Part shown: piece by piece, positions 48,248 to 59,735 of the stretch
Position numbering within the stretch: the first letter of the stretch is position 1
How the letters are laid out: the number at the start of each line of letters is the position of its first letter
Origin: Minisyncoccia bacterium
GTDB taxonomy: Bacteria; Patescibacteriota; Minisyncoccia; Phycocordibacterales; UBA918
Length of the DNA stretch: 64,000 nucleotides
Reading direction: 5' to 3'
NCBI GenBank assembly: GCA_041742075.1
Contig: JBGSJJ010000016.1
Span: forward strand, 83,128 to 147,127
Notes under the pieces: model-generated
Databases searched by the model: none
Told to the model about the DNA's origin: nothing
Seen by the model: only the letters and a program-made list of their open reading frames with translations
Translations under genes and position numbers: made by a program

Positions 48248-48811
48248 TTAAGAGGCTTTTGTCGACGCTGGCTTTTTGGACTTGAGGTAGTGCATGATGC
48301 CGTTCACCACTGCTAAGGCAACGACTATGTCACCCATGTAGAGTAGGAAAAACGTCATCATATCAAGACTAAACAAATCAAACATATGGATAGTGGCGAT
48401 AAAGCCAAGCGTGTACCAGGTTGCAGCTTGGAGAGCCGGGCCTATCTTGCTCGGAACCCAGCGCTTGGTCATACCAAGCGCATTTAAGAAGAGAATAGCT
48501 ACTAAAATCCAGATATACTCATCAACACTCGCAAAAAGAGCTGGATCGAGTACTGTGATGATAGCGGTCGTCACAAAAATAGAGAACATGGCTACTCTGA
48601 GCGTGATGTAGGTTACCCCCATGATCTTTCGCTCAGACGCATCAATGGTTCCATCCCAAATAGCCACAATAAAGTTACTAATAGCGATTGTTGAAGAACC
48701 GACACCAAGTCCAATGGTGCTGGCTTGAAAAACGATAGCAAGTGGAAGAATTAGTTCGAGCATATAGTTAAAGTATAGCAAAACGCGATGCCGAAGCATC
48801 GCGTTGTTCAC
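48248..48811 (-). CDS. Integral membrane protein, tandem paralog
   Basis: Same motifs as 47723-48244. Confidence 0.45.
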   Translation of the reverse strand: MNNAMLRHRVLLYFNYMLELILPLAIVFQASTIGLGVGSSTIAISNFIVAIWDGTIDASERKIMGVTYITLRVAMFSIFVTTAIITVLDPALFASVDEYIWILVAILFLNALGMTKRWVPSKIGPALQAATWYTLGFIATIHMFDLFSLDMMTFFLLYMGDIVVALAVVNGIMHYLKSKKPASTKAS

Positions 48812-48824
48812 TTTTTCGCACTAC

Positions 48825-49322
48825 TTACCTCGCGTAGCGTCTTGCGAACTCCCAGGGTGGTACACGATCGCACGAATATAAATACGCTGGTACATATAGA
48901 AGTAATCCAAGGGCGAGTATCAGTGAAGGGCTATCTTCATACCCATGTACGACAAACGACGCGCAGGAATAAAGCATTAAAAACATCAGTGCAATCCTTA
49001 AAGTTTGAAGAACGGTGCGAAATAGATTGCGCCCAGTTCTGGTAGCAAATCGGTAATCGCGAGCCAGTTGCGGTATGAGCTTCGTGACTACTACATACAT
49101 CATGCCACCAAGAAGTAAGCTAAGAATGATGGCAATTTGACTGTCTTTTATGACCGAAACATTCATGAGGAGAATGACGAGCGATGAAATAATAGAGCCA
49201 GCGCCAAGCCTCGGCGCTTCCATACCCGAGTAGTGCACGAGTCGGTTGAAAACGTTGTCGAGTAGTTCAATGTCAAACCAAGCCAAGCCTCGCAGAAGCC
49301 TTTCCATTTCTACCTCCGCCAA
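48825..49322 (-). CDS. Hypothetical membrane protein
   Basis: ORF with TM segments. Confidence 0.35.
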   Translation of the reverse strand: MAEVEMERLLRGLAWFDIELLDNVFNRLVHYSGMEAPRLGAGSIISSLVILLMNVSVIKDSQIAIILSLLLGGMMYVVVTKLIPQLARDYRFATRTGRNLFRTVLQTLRIALMFLMLYSCASFVVHGYEDSPSLILALGLLLYVPAYLYSCDRVPPWEFARRYAR

Positions 49323-49373
49323 AAGCGATATCCATCTCGATAGTAGCGAAAAAATGAAACTCCTGCAAGATGC

Positions 49374-49625
49374 CTAAATGAGAATTGTAGCGTGATTGTT
49401 ACTTATCTCTAACGTACCAATCTGAATTTGAAACACTTCTGTAGTCGTGTCTGCTTTTGTGACAGTTAACGTTCCAGTCTTAAGTGGTGAGATAAGTGCC
49501 GTGTGGTTTGGCAAGATAGTCATCTCACCGTCAATTCCTGGTACCTGCACACTGATGACTTCCCCGTCAAAAACCGGCCCGTCAACGCGAGAGATAGTGA
49601 GTTTAAGTAATTGCTTATCGGTCAT
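49374..49625 (-). CDS. atpC: F-type ATP synthase epsilon subunit (short form)
   Basis: Operon position and beta-sandwich-like sequence. Confidence 0.7.
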   Translation of the reverse strand: MTDKQLLKLTISRVDGPVFDGEVISVQVPGIDGEMTILPNHTALISPLKTGTLTVTKADTTTEVFQIQIGTLEISNNHATILI

Positions 49626-49767
49626 AATTTAAATATTTATACGATGAGTCTCTGAATATATTGACGAAGTGGATAGGTTTAGATACGAGGCACACCAGAG
49701 AAATAAATTGAGGCGTACTTCTTGTACGATGAGAATTATTTCTCGCAGTGTAACAAAGTAGATAGAC

Positions 49768-51156
<1,389 letters not shown>

Positions 51157-51219
51157 TTAATAATATTCACTCGCGTAACGCTGAGTCATCAATTCCCATA
51201 AGAAACTGATGACTAAGTA

Positions 51220-51540
51220 TTACAGAGTCCCATCCCATCGGTTGTTTCTAATATCTGAAAATAAGTCATACAATTTCTTATCTACGTCTGAAATTTCAAT
51301 TGTCATTGCTGTCCCATACTTGTTGTTTTGTGTAACTTCTTCATCGTACTTATAAAATTTCGGAAATACTTCATTCAAATAATCTGCAAACTTATACAGA
51401 AAACCTTCTTCTGAATAACCTGTTTCCAACATAGTAGCAAGCGCTTCCTTATGAACCAGCTCAATCTCAGACTCAGCAATATACTCCTGCCAATCAGCAA
51501 CTTTTTTTGACTCAGTATTACCTCTAAAGTTCTCTTTCAT
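51220..51540 (-). CDS. AT-rich hypothetical protein inserted between atpG and atpD
   Basis: ~33% GC versus ~48% in flanking atp genes (counted by eye); 106 aa acidic. Confidence 0.4.
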   Translation of the reverse strand: MKENFRGNTESKKVADWQEYIAESEIELVHKEALATMLETGYSEEGFLYKFADYLNEVFPKFYKYDEEVTQNNKYGTAMTIEISDVDKKLYDLFSDIRNNRWDGTL

Positions 51541-51549
51541 AATAAATGA

Positions 51550-52452
51550 TTATTTCATTGCTTCCATACCGCCAGTAATCTCAGACACTTCTGCAGTAAT
51601 CGCCGCTTGACGCGCCTTGTTAAACTTAAGCGTCAAGAACTTCGCTACTTCCTTACTCTTATCGGTCGCGTTCTTCATCGCGACCATACGCGCTGAGTGC
51701 TCGCATGCCTTACTTTCAAGGAGAGCATGGTAGAGAATAATCTGCACGAGTTGCGGAATGAGTGCAGACAGCACTTCTTCGGCAGATGGTTCAACACTGT
51801 AGTTGATTTGCCCTGAAGTAACTTCAGTTTGAGTGCTGTACTTACCGGTCTTTGGCTTGATACCAGACATGATAAATTCAATCTCGCCTGGATCAAGTGG
51901 CAGCACTTGGCGCACAGTCGGCACCTGCTCAAAGGTAGACACAAAGTTTTGGTAGACAATCTTAACTGACTTGTAGGCATTACCGGTAAAAGAAGTAAGG
52001 AGGGTGTCTGCCATGCTGTAGACATCGTTAACGGTAACTCCATCAGAAATGTTGGTGTATTCACCAACGAGCGTCTTTTTTTCACGCCGGGCAAACTCCA
52101 CTGCCTTGCGTCCGATAGCGAGCACATCTACCTCGCCTTCAGCCTTAAGAATTTTGTCTGCCTGCTTTAAGACAGCGCTATTTACGCTACCCGCGAGACC
52201 CTTATCACTCGTGACAATCACGAGGAGTGTACTACCTGCTGTACGCTTTAAAGCGAGCGGATGATTAATCCCCTCCGGTGAGTCAGATAGTTTCTCCAAA
52301 ATACGGAGCGCAGAAAGAATATACGGACGGCTCAAAAACGCGCGCTCTTGGCTCTTGCGCATCTTAACCGCTGACACCGACTCCATCGCCTTGGTGACTT
52401 TCCCGGTCTTCTTGGTAGAAATTATTTTGTTTTTAATCTGCTTCAGCGCCAT
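51550..52452 (-). CDS. atpG: F-type ATP synthase gamma subunit
   Basis: MALKQIKNKIISTKKT N-terminus, C-terminal AITAEVSEI. Confidence 0.9.
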   Translation of the reverse strand: MALKQIKNKIISTKKTGKVTKAMESVSAVKMRKSQERAFLSRPYILSALRILEKLSDSPEGINHPLALKRTAGSTLLVIVTSDKGLAGSVNSAVLKQADKILKAEGEVDVLAIGRKAVEFARREKKTLVGEYTNISDGVTVNDVYSMADTLLTSFTGNAYKSVKIVYQNFVSTFEQVPTVRQVLPLDPGEIEFIMSGIKPKTGKYSTQTEVTSGQINYSVEPSAEEVLSALIPQLVQIILYHALLESKACEHSARMVAMKNATDKSKEVAKFLTLKFNKARQAAITAEVSEITGGMEAMK

Positions 52453-52464
52453 GTTTATCTAGTT

Positions 52465-54036
52465 TTATACAGCTACTCCGTAGTAGTTACTATGAGCAGT
52501 TTTGAAGTCAGCTATTACCGTGGTGAGCTTTTCAATTGTCTCCTCAGACAAATCCCGTGAGGTTTCGATAGCTTCAAAGATTTCCTTTCGGTCACGCTCG
52601 ATAAAGCCGAGGAACTCGTCTTCCATCTTGCGTACGTCTTCTACTTTGGCACCGTCATAAAGGCCAGTGTTTGCTGCATAGATAGAAGCTACCTGCTTAT
52701 AAAACGGCATTGGGTTGTTTTGTGGCTGCTTAAGTAGCTCTACGTACTTCCGGCCACGTTCGATACGGTTCTTCGTGTCTTCATCAAGGTCAGAGGCAAA
52801 CTGCATAAAGGCTTCGAGTTCACGGAACTGTGCGAGTTCAAGACGAATCTTCCCGGCTACTTTCTTCATTGCTTTTGTCTGTGCAGACGATCCCACGCGT
52901 GATACTGAGATACCGACGTTGAGGGCAGGACGAATACCTTTGTTGAAGAGTTCACCTTCAAGAAAGATCTGTCCGTCAGTAATCGAAATCACGTTCGTTG
53001 GAATATACGCAGACACGTCCCCTTCCTGTGTCTCAATTACTGGCAAGGCTGTGATAGACCCGCCACCGAGCTCCTTTGAGAGCTTGGCAGACCGTTCGAG
53101 AAGTCGTGAGTGGAGGTAGAAGATATCGCCTGGGTAGGCTTCACGTCCTGGTGGACGACGAAGGAGGAGCGACATCTGTCGATAGGCATTCGCGTGCTTA
53201 GAAAGGTCGTCAAGAATAATCAGCACGTCTTTCCCCTGCTCCATAAAGTATTCACCAATTGCCATACCAGCAAATGGTGCCAAAAAGAGCATTGGTGACG
53301 CTTCTGAAGCGGAAGTAGCGACGATAGTGGTGTACTCCATCGCTCCGGCTTCTTCAAGTTTTGCCATCAGACTAGCGGTCTTAGAACGCTTTTGTCCGAT
53401 AGCGACATAGATACAAATAGGACACTTTTCTTTTGGCTCGTACTTTTGGTTAATGATGGTGTCGATAGCGATAACGGTCTTACCAGTCGAGCGGTCACCA
53501 ATGATGAGTTCTCGCTGACCACGACCGATTGGAATCATTGAGTCGATAGCTTTAATGCCGGTGTGAATCGGTTCATTTACCGCTGAACGCTCCATAACGC
53601 CGTAGGCAACGCGCTCAATCGGCATATTGCGGTCAGTCTTAATCGCACCTTTGCCGTCAATCATCTCGCCAAGTGGTGAAACCACTCGACCGACGATGTC
53701 CGCCCCAACTGGGATGGAAAGCAATTGCTTAGTCCGACGCACTTGCATACCTTCTCGCACACGCTCAGCGTTTCCGAGCACTACTACCTTTACCACATCC
53801 TCTTCGAGGTTGAGTATGAGTCCAAAGAGCGTCTCACTTGAGGCGATAGTCTCGGCAAGTGACTTGCCAGCTCCATCGTCAAAGATGACCATCTCCATCA
53901 TTTGCGCTCGCGCGAGACCATCGATCTCAGCAATACCGTCACCCACCGAGGTAACGACGCCAATTTCTTCGGTCAAGACGGTCGTATCGATGCCCTCGAT
54001 TTCTTTTTTGATCTTATCAATGATTGTTGAACTCAT
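52465..54036 (-). CDS. atpA: F-type ATP synthase alpha subunit
   Basis: [18 protein letters not shown]-loop. Confidence 0.95.
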   Translation of the reverse strand: MSSTIIDKIKKEIEGIDTTVLTEEIGVVTSVGDGIAEIDGLARAQMMEMVIFDDGAGKSLAETIASSETLFGLILNLEEDVVKVVVLGNAERVREGMQVRRTKQLLSIPVGADIVGRVVSPLGEMIDGKGAIKTDRNMPIERVAYGVMERSAVNEPIHTGIKAIDSMIPIGRGQRELIIGDRSTGKTVIAIDTIINQKYEPKEKCPICIYVAIGQKRSKTASLMAKLEEAGAMEYTTIVATSASEASPMLFLAPFAGMAIGEYFMEQGKDVLIILDDLSKHANAYRQMSLLLRRPPGREAYPGDIFYLHSRLLERSAKLSKELGGGSITALPVIETQEGDVSAYIPTNVISITDGQIFLEGELFNKGIRPALNVGISVSRVGSSAQTKAMKKVAGKIRLELAQFRELEAFMQFASDLDEDTKNRIERGRKYVELLKQPQNNPMPFYKQVASIYAANTGLYDGAKVEDVRKMEDEFLGFIERDRKEIFEAIETSRDLSEETIEKLTTVIADFKTAHSNYYGVAV

Positions 54037-54051
54037 ACGTAATAATGCGTG

Positions 54052-54435
54052 CTAGTTGGTAATAGTGCGATACAGCTTCACAAGCTGTGACTTATAACTC
54101 TGATCAATTTGTTTGTGGTCATGAGCTACGATGACGCCACCGATAATGGTGCTGTCTACTTTGGTCACATACTCTTCTTTGGTTTGAAGTGCCTCGAGCG
54201 CTGTAGCGATAGCTTCCTTTTGTGACGCAAGAGCGCTTTTGTCTGCTACCGTCACAACCGGTGCTGACGTAGCTTGCTTTGCAGAGAGTGTTCGATGAAC
54301 GGCTACGAGAATCTGTTTATGAAGCACCAAGTGTCCTTTCCGTGTCAGTGTCTCTTTAAGACCACGTAAAACTGTCTCAACCGGCGTGCCGGCTTTGAGG
54401 AGTGTTAAAACAGATTCAATGTAGTTTTTCTTCAT
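54052..54435 (-). CDS. atpH: F-type ATP synthase delta (OSCP) subunit, short
   Basis: Operon position; helical. Confidence 0.6.
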   Translation of the reverse strand: MKKNYIESVLTLLKAGTPVETVLRGLKETLTRKGHLVLHKQILVAVHRTLSAKQATSAPVVTVADKSALASQKEAIATALEALQTKEEYVTKVDSTIIGGVIVAHDHKQIDQSYKSQLVKLYRTITN

Positions 54436-54443
54436 ACAATATT

Positions 54444-54893
54444 TTACGCACTTGGTTCACGAAGGATTTTCTCCGCCGCGAGGATGGCAGTTTTAGCAAT
54501 CTCTGCTTCACTTTCCTTCTCCGCTCTGGTCTTTATCTCGACACCCTTTCGCTCAGCATCCTTAATGACTGCTTCAGCCTTTGCTTCAGCCGCCTTAAGG
54601 AGTTCTCCAGCTTTTTCGTCGGCAAAGGCAGTCGCTCGCTTGGCTACTTCCTGTGCCTCAGTATGAGCACTTGTGAGAACAGCTTTCTTGTCTTCTTCGG
54701 CAGAAGCCCGGACTTTAGCCGCTTGCTCAGCGTCTTCAATACCTTGTTTGATTTTCTCCTCGCGGTCAGCTAGGAGTTTCAAGACTGGCTTGTACAAGAA
54801 GTACGACAACAGTCCCATCAAGACAAAGAAGTTGATGATTTGGATGACGATAAGTCGTGCATCTATGCCGAAGGCTTCAATAAGTTGTTCCAT
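54444..54893 (-). CDS. atpF: F-type ATP synthase b subunit
   Basis: N-terminal TM then long charged helix. Confidence 0.8.
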   Translation of the reverse strand: MEQLIEAFGIDARLIVIQIINFFVLMGLLSYFLYKPVLKLLADREEKIKQGIEDAEQAAKVRASAEEDKKAVLTSAHTEAQEVAKRATAFADEKAGELLKAAEAKAEAVIKDAERKGVEIKTRAEKESEAEIAKTAILAAEKILREPSA

Positions 54894-55040
54894 AATTCAA
54901 TTTGTAAGTAGATTGATAATACGTCAGAGATGGCGCCAGATGCGAGGAGAGACAGAATTTCAGAAGAAGACGTATGGTATATACGGCGCCTGATGAAATT
55001 GTAGTTTCGACAAAGCAGATGGTGCCAGTCTTTGACTGTA

Positions 55041-55322
<282 letters not shown>

Positions 55323-55382
55323 TTAACTCAATAATGGGCAAGTACGAGTCGCGCGTCCTATGGCGAAACTCGTGATTACCAA

Positions 55383-56177
55383 CTAATGATGTGGTTCGGC
55401 CACTGCCAGCTTAATAAATATCAGTGTCAAAAAGGCAAACACCCCAGCCTGAATGAACCCAACAAACACTTCATACGCCAAAATCGGGATTGGCAAGAAG
55501 AGTGGCACGAAGAACAGTGCGACCGTAAGGAGCGTCTTGCCGGCAAAGATGTTACCGAAAAGTCGAAACGAAAACGAGACGAGACGGCCAAGCTCACTAA
55601 TAAGCTCAATGATACCTACCGTAAAGTTCAAAATACGGTTACCGATACCATGTCCCTTGAAGGTAAGGAACTTTCCGCCGTACTTCCAAAAACCCATTGC
55701 GAGGATACCAGCCATTTCAATAAAGAACATGGCAATCAAAGCAAACGCAATAGTGATGTTTAGGTCAGTAGCTGGTGGGTAAAAGAAAGGAATCAGGTGT
55801 TCTTCTTTCCCATGACCCTCAAAAATTCCGATTGAAGTTACGCCAGGTAGTAGCCCAGTCCAGTTCATCGCGAGGAGAAACAAAAAGATAGTCATGAGCA
55901 CCGGAAAATACTTTGTAGCCAAGGTACGACTTTCGAGCGTGTTAGCGACGAAGTCAAACATCCCCCCGACAATGAGTTCAAAGATATTCTGGAGCTTTCC
56001 GGGAATTGCCTTCAGATTTCGGCTGACGTAGATAGCAATTCCGACCAAGATGGCCATTGAAAGCCACGTGGTGAGCATGGTTGCGGTAATAGGTACACCA
56101 AACACCTCACCTAGGACGTACGGTGACAGTTTGACTGAAATACCTTCGGCGGCGTATGCAGTAGCGATAAAGTTCAT
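55383..56177 (-). CDS. atpB: F-type ATP synthase a subunit
   Basis: RLFGNIFAGKTLL motif. Confidence 0.9.
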   Translation of the reverse strand: MNFIATAYAAEGISVKLSPYVLGEVFGVPITATMLTTWLSMAILVGIAIYVSRNLKAIPGKLQNIFELIVGGMFDFVANTLESRTLATKYFPVLMTIFLFLLAMNWTGLLPGVTSIGIFEGHGKEEHLIPFFYPPATDLNITIAFALIAMFFIEMAGILAMGFWKYGGKFLTFKGHGIGNRILNFTVGIIELISELGRLVSFSFRLFGNIFAGKTLLTVALFFVPLFLPIPILAYEVFVGFIQAGVFAFLTLIFIKLAVAEPHH

Positions 56178-56334
56178 AGCATGTAAACACGCAAAAGCTC
56201 ACCTTTTGCGGTCGAATACTAGCATAATATGGCCTAAATGACAAAATAATTCTGGGTATGACCGTTTCACTGTACTTTAAAGCTCAGAGCAGTAAAACCG
56301 GCGACACTGAGTGGTGTCGCCGGCAGAGCGGTAT

Positions 56335-57006
56335 TTATCCCATACGACATTGTGTCGCTAAAATCTCTTCAAAGGCCCGCACAAAGTCGTCTGGACTATC
56401 AGCTTTCACCGCTGTAGCTGACTTGTCTTCAGCTTTAATTACGTCTGCAAAGCTGGTATACCCACCTTCGTAAAACTGGTGAGGTAGAGAAATCAAGTGC
56501 ACAGAACCATTGTACTGATGTACTATCGTACTAATTTCATTTTCTAAAGTACCAACAACCTGAGGTACCGGAACATCATTAATACCAGCTGAATCATGCA
56601 GGATGATAATGATAGGGTTTCTACTTATAATATCTTCACTACGTTGAATATCTTTCAAAAACACAGCCGGTTTTGTACTTGTATACATATAGTAGTTTGA
56701 AGAAAAACCTCTGACTGCAATGTCTTTAGAAAACTCCTCGGGGCTTGTGGTAGCAATAAACCTATAACTCAAGCCAGCCCACGTGTATCCAATAAGCTGA
56801 ATATTGCAGTTAAGTAGCGCATCATGCACAGTTTCGTCTTGAAGTGCCATGAGCACTCCTTTTTTGTACTCTTCTACCGGGTTAATTTTGGTATTTGTGT
56901 CATCTTTGCTGTCTGACACATCAAAACCAATTACAAGCGGTCGGTAGTAGTCTTCAGCACCAGCCGAAGTAGCCAGTAGACATGCGATTATCAAGGAACG
57001 AACCAT
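56335..57006 (-). CDS. Secreted hypothetical protein
   Basis: Signal peptide MVRSLIIACLLATSAGA. Confidence 0.35.
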   Translation of the reverse strand: MVRSLIIACLLATSAGAEDYYRPLVIGFDVSDSKDDTNTKINPVEEYKKGVLMALQDETVHDALLNCNIQLIGYTWAGLSYRFIATTSPEEFSKDIAVRGFSSNYYMYTSTKPAVFLKDIQRSEDIISRNPIIIILHDSAGINDVPVPQVVGTLENEISTIVHQYNGSVHLISLPHQFYEGGYTSFADVIKAEDKSATAVKADSPDDFVRAFEEILATQCRMG

Positions 57007-57114
57007 GGAGTCAGTCTCCCACTACTAAGGACAAGGCTACTTTCATAGTAAGGCTAATTTTTATGATTGTAAAATCACAACTATAGTACTAGCCTGTATG
57101 TCACTTTTTCGTGA

Positions 57115-57834
57115 GTGAGCTGGTATTATTACCATATGACCTACAAACACCTTTTCTTCGATATGGACAAGACCATCGCGCCAGCGCGCGAACCCATGCT
57201 TAAAGAGATGCACGAGCTACTTACTGAACTACCACACGACATCGTGATTGTCTCTGGTAGCCTCCTTTCGCAAATAGAGTTTCAATCTCACAAACTCCCT
57301 GCCTACTACTTAGGGGTAAACGGAAACCATGCTAACGACACTGAAAACAACGAACTGTGGAATCACCCACCTCTCTCTGAAGAACACAAACAAGAAATCC
57401 ATGACCATATTGCTCGTGTCATAGACTTGCTCGATCATGACCTCAACCATGAGTGGAACCCGATTGAAGACCGTGGTTCACAAGTCACCTTTAGTCCGAT
57501 TGGTAACACCGCCCCGGTCGAACTCAAACGACACTATGACCCTGAGCGCCTGAAGCGAGAAAAGTGGCTACAAGAGATTCCCTTTGCTTCTGAAGAACTC
57601 ATGGTGAAAATAGGTGGTTCAACCAGCTTTGACTATATTCATAAAGACCGCCACAAAGGCACCAATGTCCAAAAACTAATTAACCAGATGGGCTGGAACA
57701 AGGAAGACTGTGTGTACTTTGGTGATGGCCTCTATCCAGGCGGAAACGACGAAGTCGTTATTGGTGTGATAGACACCGTGCTCGTACAAGACCACCTCGA
57801 CACCTACAACAGGCTCCTTGAGTTTAAAAAGTAG
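57115..57834 (+). CDS. HAD-superfamily hydrolase (IIB/PMM-like)
   Basis: FDMDKTI motif I; GGSTSFD; GDGLYPGGND motif; probable start at the downstream Met. Confidence 0.6.
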   Translation: MSWYYYHMTYKHLFFDMDKTIAPAREPMLKEMHELLTELPHDIVIVSGSLLSQIEFQSHKLPAYYLGVNGNHANDTENNELWNHPPLSEEHKQEIHDHIARVIDLLDHDLNHEWNPIEDRGSQVTFSPIGNTAPVELKRHYDPERLKREKWLQEIPFASEELMVKIGGSTSFDYIHKDRHKGTNVQKLINQMGWNKEDCVYFGDGLYPGGNDEVVIGVIDTVLVQDHLDTYNRLLEFKK

Positions 57835-57883
57835 TAGATAAAAGAAAATCCGACCGCATAAAGCAAGTCGGACAGTGTTAAAC

Positions 57884-57985
57884 GCCGGCCAGGCGCTTTT
57901 GGTATATGAGCAAGAAACTTCTCGCAGGAGCATCGATACGTTTTGCTCATCGCGACCCATCGGTCACAACCAAAAGTTAACCTGG
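57884..57985. other. Long nested imperfect hairpin (outer stem GCCGGCCAGG/CCTGGCCGGC; inner TTTTGG/CCAAAA; ATGAGCAA/TTGCTCAT)
   Basis: Read directly; intergenic 392 nt region. Confidence 0.4.
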
Positions 57986-58226
57986 CCGGCGCCGTCTGTG
58001 CTTTTCTGAGTTGATAGTTCAAAAGCACCTACCCAGTCCCACACATGTCAGCATTATAGCATACATTTTGCCATTAGCAACACTGAAGAAAGTCTTTTGT
58101 ATGTTTGGTATTCTCGGGAATTCTGTACCTCATACCATTCAACAGTAATCAGGTCAGAAGCTGTTGACGCACTCCCCTCTGTGCTGTACTTTTTAAAGAG
58201 AAGAGGTTTTTGGAAGGACAGACACT

Positions 58227-58727
58227 ATGGCTCGTCCAGGTTACGCTCCACCAGCTCTGCAGGCGAAATCAGTCCTTGAGAAGTTGCGTGAAATGTTCAA
58301 CACAGCACCAATGGTTGATAAGACTACCTTGGTGCTCACTGACGCATTTTCACATGAGACCATGCGTGTTGAAGTCGAAAACTCTCCGGACATTCTCGAA
58401 CAAATGGTCCTTGAATACATTAAGTGGTGGCGACTAATGGCGCTCTATCCTGAGTATCGGATTGTTGCTCCCCCGCCGGTGTTTGTGGTTTCAAATGCTC
58501 ATTATGCTCTCAATCGAGAAAAGTTTTTTTATGATTTGATGCGGTATTTGCGGGTTGGCGAAATCAGCAATCGACGCTGGCGTGGGCCGGAAGACATTGA
58601 TGGCCTGCTCGACACTACCAAGTGTTACGAGAAAACCTATGGTAATCCCGCTAACCCATGGCGCGATATGTTCCGCCTCACCAAAGACATTCTTGACCTG
58701 GAAAATGTGGAAACGTTGCGTTTTTAG
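58227..58727 (+). CDS. Hypothetical protein
   Basis: ORF with plausible sigma70-like promoter upstream (TTGACG...TACTTT). Confidence 0.4.
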   Translation: MARPGYAPPALQAKSVLEKLREMFNTAPMVDKTTLVLTDAFSHETMRVEVENSPDILEQMVLEYIKWWRLMALYPEYRIVAPPPVFVVSNAHYALNREKFFYDLMRYLRVGEISNRRWRGPEDIDGLLDTTKCYEKTYGNPANPWRDMFRLTKDILDLENVETLRF

Positions 58728-58750
58728 TAAGCAACTACACACTGACCAAA

Positions 58751-58777
58751 CGGCCCGCATCTCACGATGCGGGCCGT
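58751..58777. terminator. GC-rich hairpin (CGGCCCGCATC...GATGCGGGCCG) between convergent genes
   Basis: Read directly; weak U-run on minus strand. Confidence 0.5.
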
Positions 58778-58787
58778 ACCTCGTTCC

Positions 58788-59378
58788 CTACCCTACTTTG
58801 CTCTTTGTGAGTACCCTGTACGGAACCAAAAGTACCAGAAGCATGACTATCTTTATACCAAGGTCAGCCACTGCGAGCGACACCCAGAGCGGAAGAACCG
58901 GACCAACTCCAAGGAGTGGTGCAAGTTCAAGCGCCCAGTTATTGCCATCGGCGAGAAGTGCGTAGGTAAGCCCGGAGAACGCAATACTGAAAAACAGAAA
59001 CGTATCGACAACCGAACCAAGTGCCGAGGAAATAGCTGGCCCTTGCCACCACGGTAAGTTACGCAAACGGTCAAACACCTGTACGTCAAACAACTGCGCT
59101 ACCAAGAAGGCCGTAGCTGAAGCCAGCGCAATGCGAAGCGTCGTTACCTCAAAAAACGCCGCCACAAGTGAAGCCAGAATGCCCACCACTAGCCCGAAGA
59201 AAATCACACGCCTAGCATCAGCCTGTCCACGTAAACGATTCACGATGTCGGTCACGAGAAACGCGAGCGGGTACGTGAGCGCACCCCAGGTAAGCCAGGC
59301 TCCGAGCGGATACTGCACGAGTATGTTCGAGAAAATCACGACCGTCCCCATGGCAACTATGTATGGTACTAAAGGCAT
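58788..59378 (-). CDS. yhhQ: YhhQ-family (COG1738/DUF165) queuosine-precursor transporter
   Basis: WGALTYPLAFLVTDIVNRLRGQADARRVIF and FDVQVFDRLRNLPWW...GSVVDTFLFFSIAF align closely with E. coli YhhQ as recalled. Confidence 0.8.
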   Translation of the reverse strand: MPLVPYIVAMGTVVIFSNILVQYPLGAWLTWGALTYPLAFLVTDIVNRLRGQADARRVIFFGLVVGILASLVAAFFEVTTLRIALASATAFLVAQLFDVQVFDRLRNLPWWQGPAISSALGSVVDTFLFFSIAFSGLTYALLADGNNWALELAPLLGVGPVLPLWVSLAVADLGIKIVMLLVLLVPYRVLTKSKVG

Positions 59379-59735
59379 TGTATTTAAATAATTATAGTAA
59401 AAGAATCGCCCTACAGTCTACAGGCTCTTAGAAAAGGTACTGTATTGACAGACAACGCTTATCTTGTATAGTACCCCACAGTAGTCAGCTACCAGTCTAT
59501 AGCAGTCTGGTCAAGGAGAGCCTACAAAGCTGTCAGTCCGAAGTACTCCTTCGTCGGTAACGCGGTATGGATTGGCACCCATACTGGCTAGGCCATATAA
59601 TTACCCTTTCCCAAGGCACCAACCCTCTACATGAACCCCGCTCAACTTGAGCGCGGGTTCTTTCTTTGCTCAAGAATTAGTTTTAAGATACTTCCTAAGA
59701 AATCCGGATGTTTTAAGTAAGTTAAATGATTTAAT

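Noticed and set aside
51675-53119. Alternative-frame ORFs inside atpG and atpA
   Set aside because: Embedded in highly conserved ATP synthase genes
59379-59735. RNase P RNA or tmRNA in the yhhQ leader
   Set aside because: Only short similarities (AGUCCG, GGUAACGC, ACAUGAACCC); the P4 pairing partner and tmRNA tag or T-arm could not be assembled; region too short for type A RNase P
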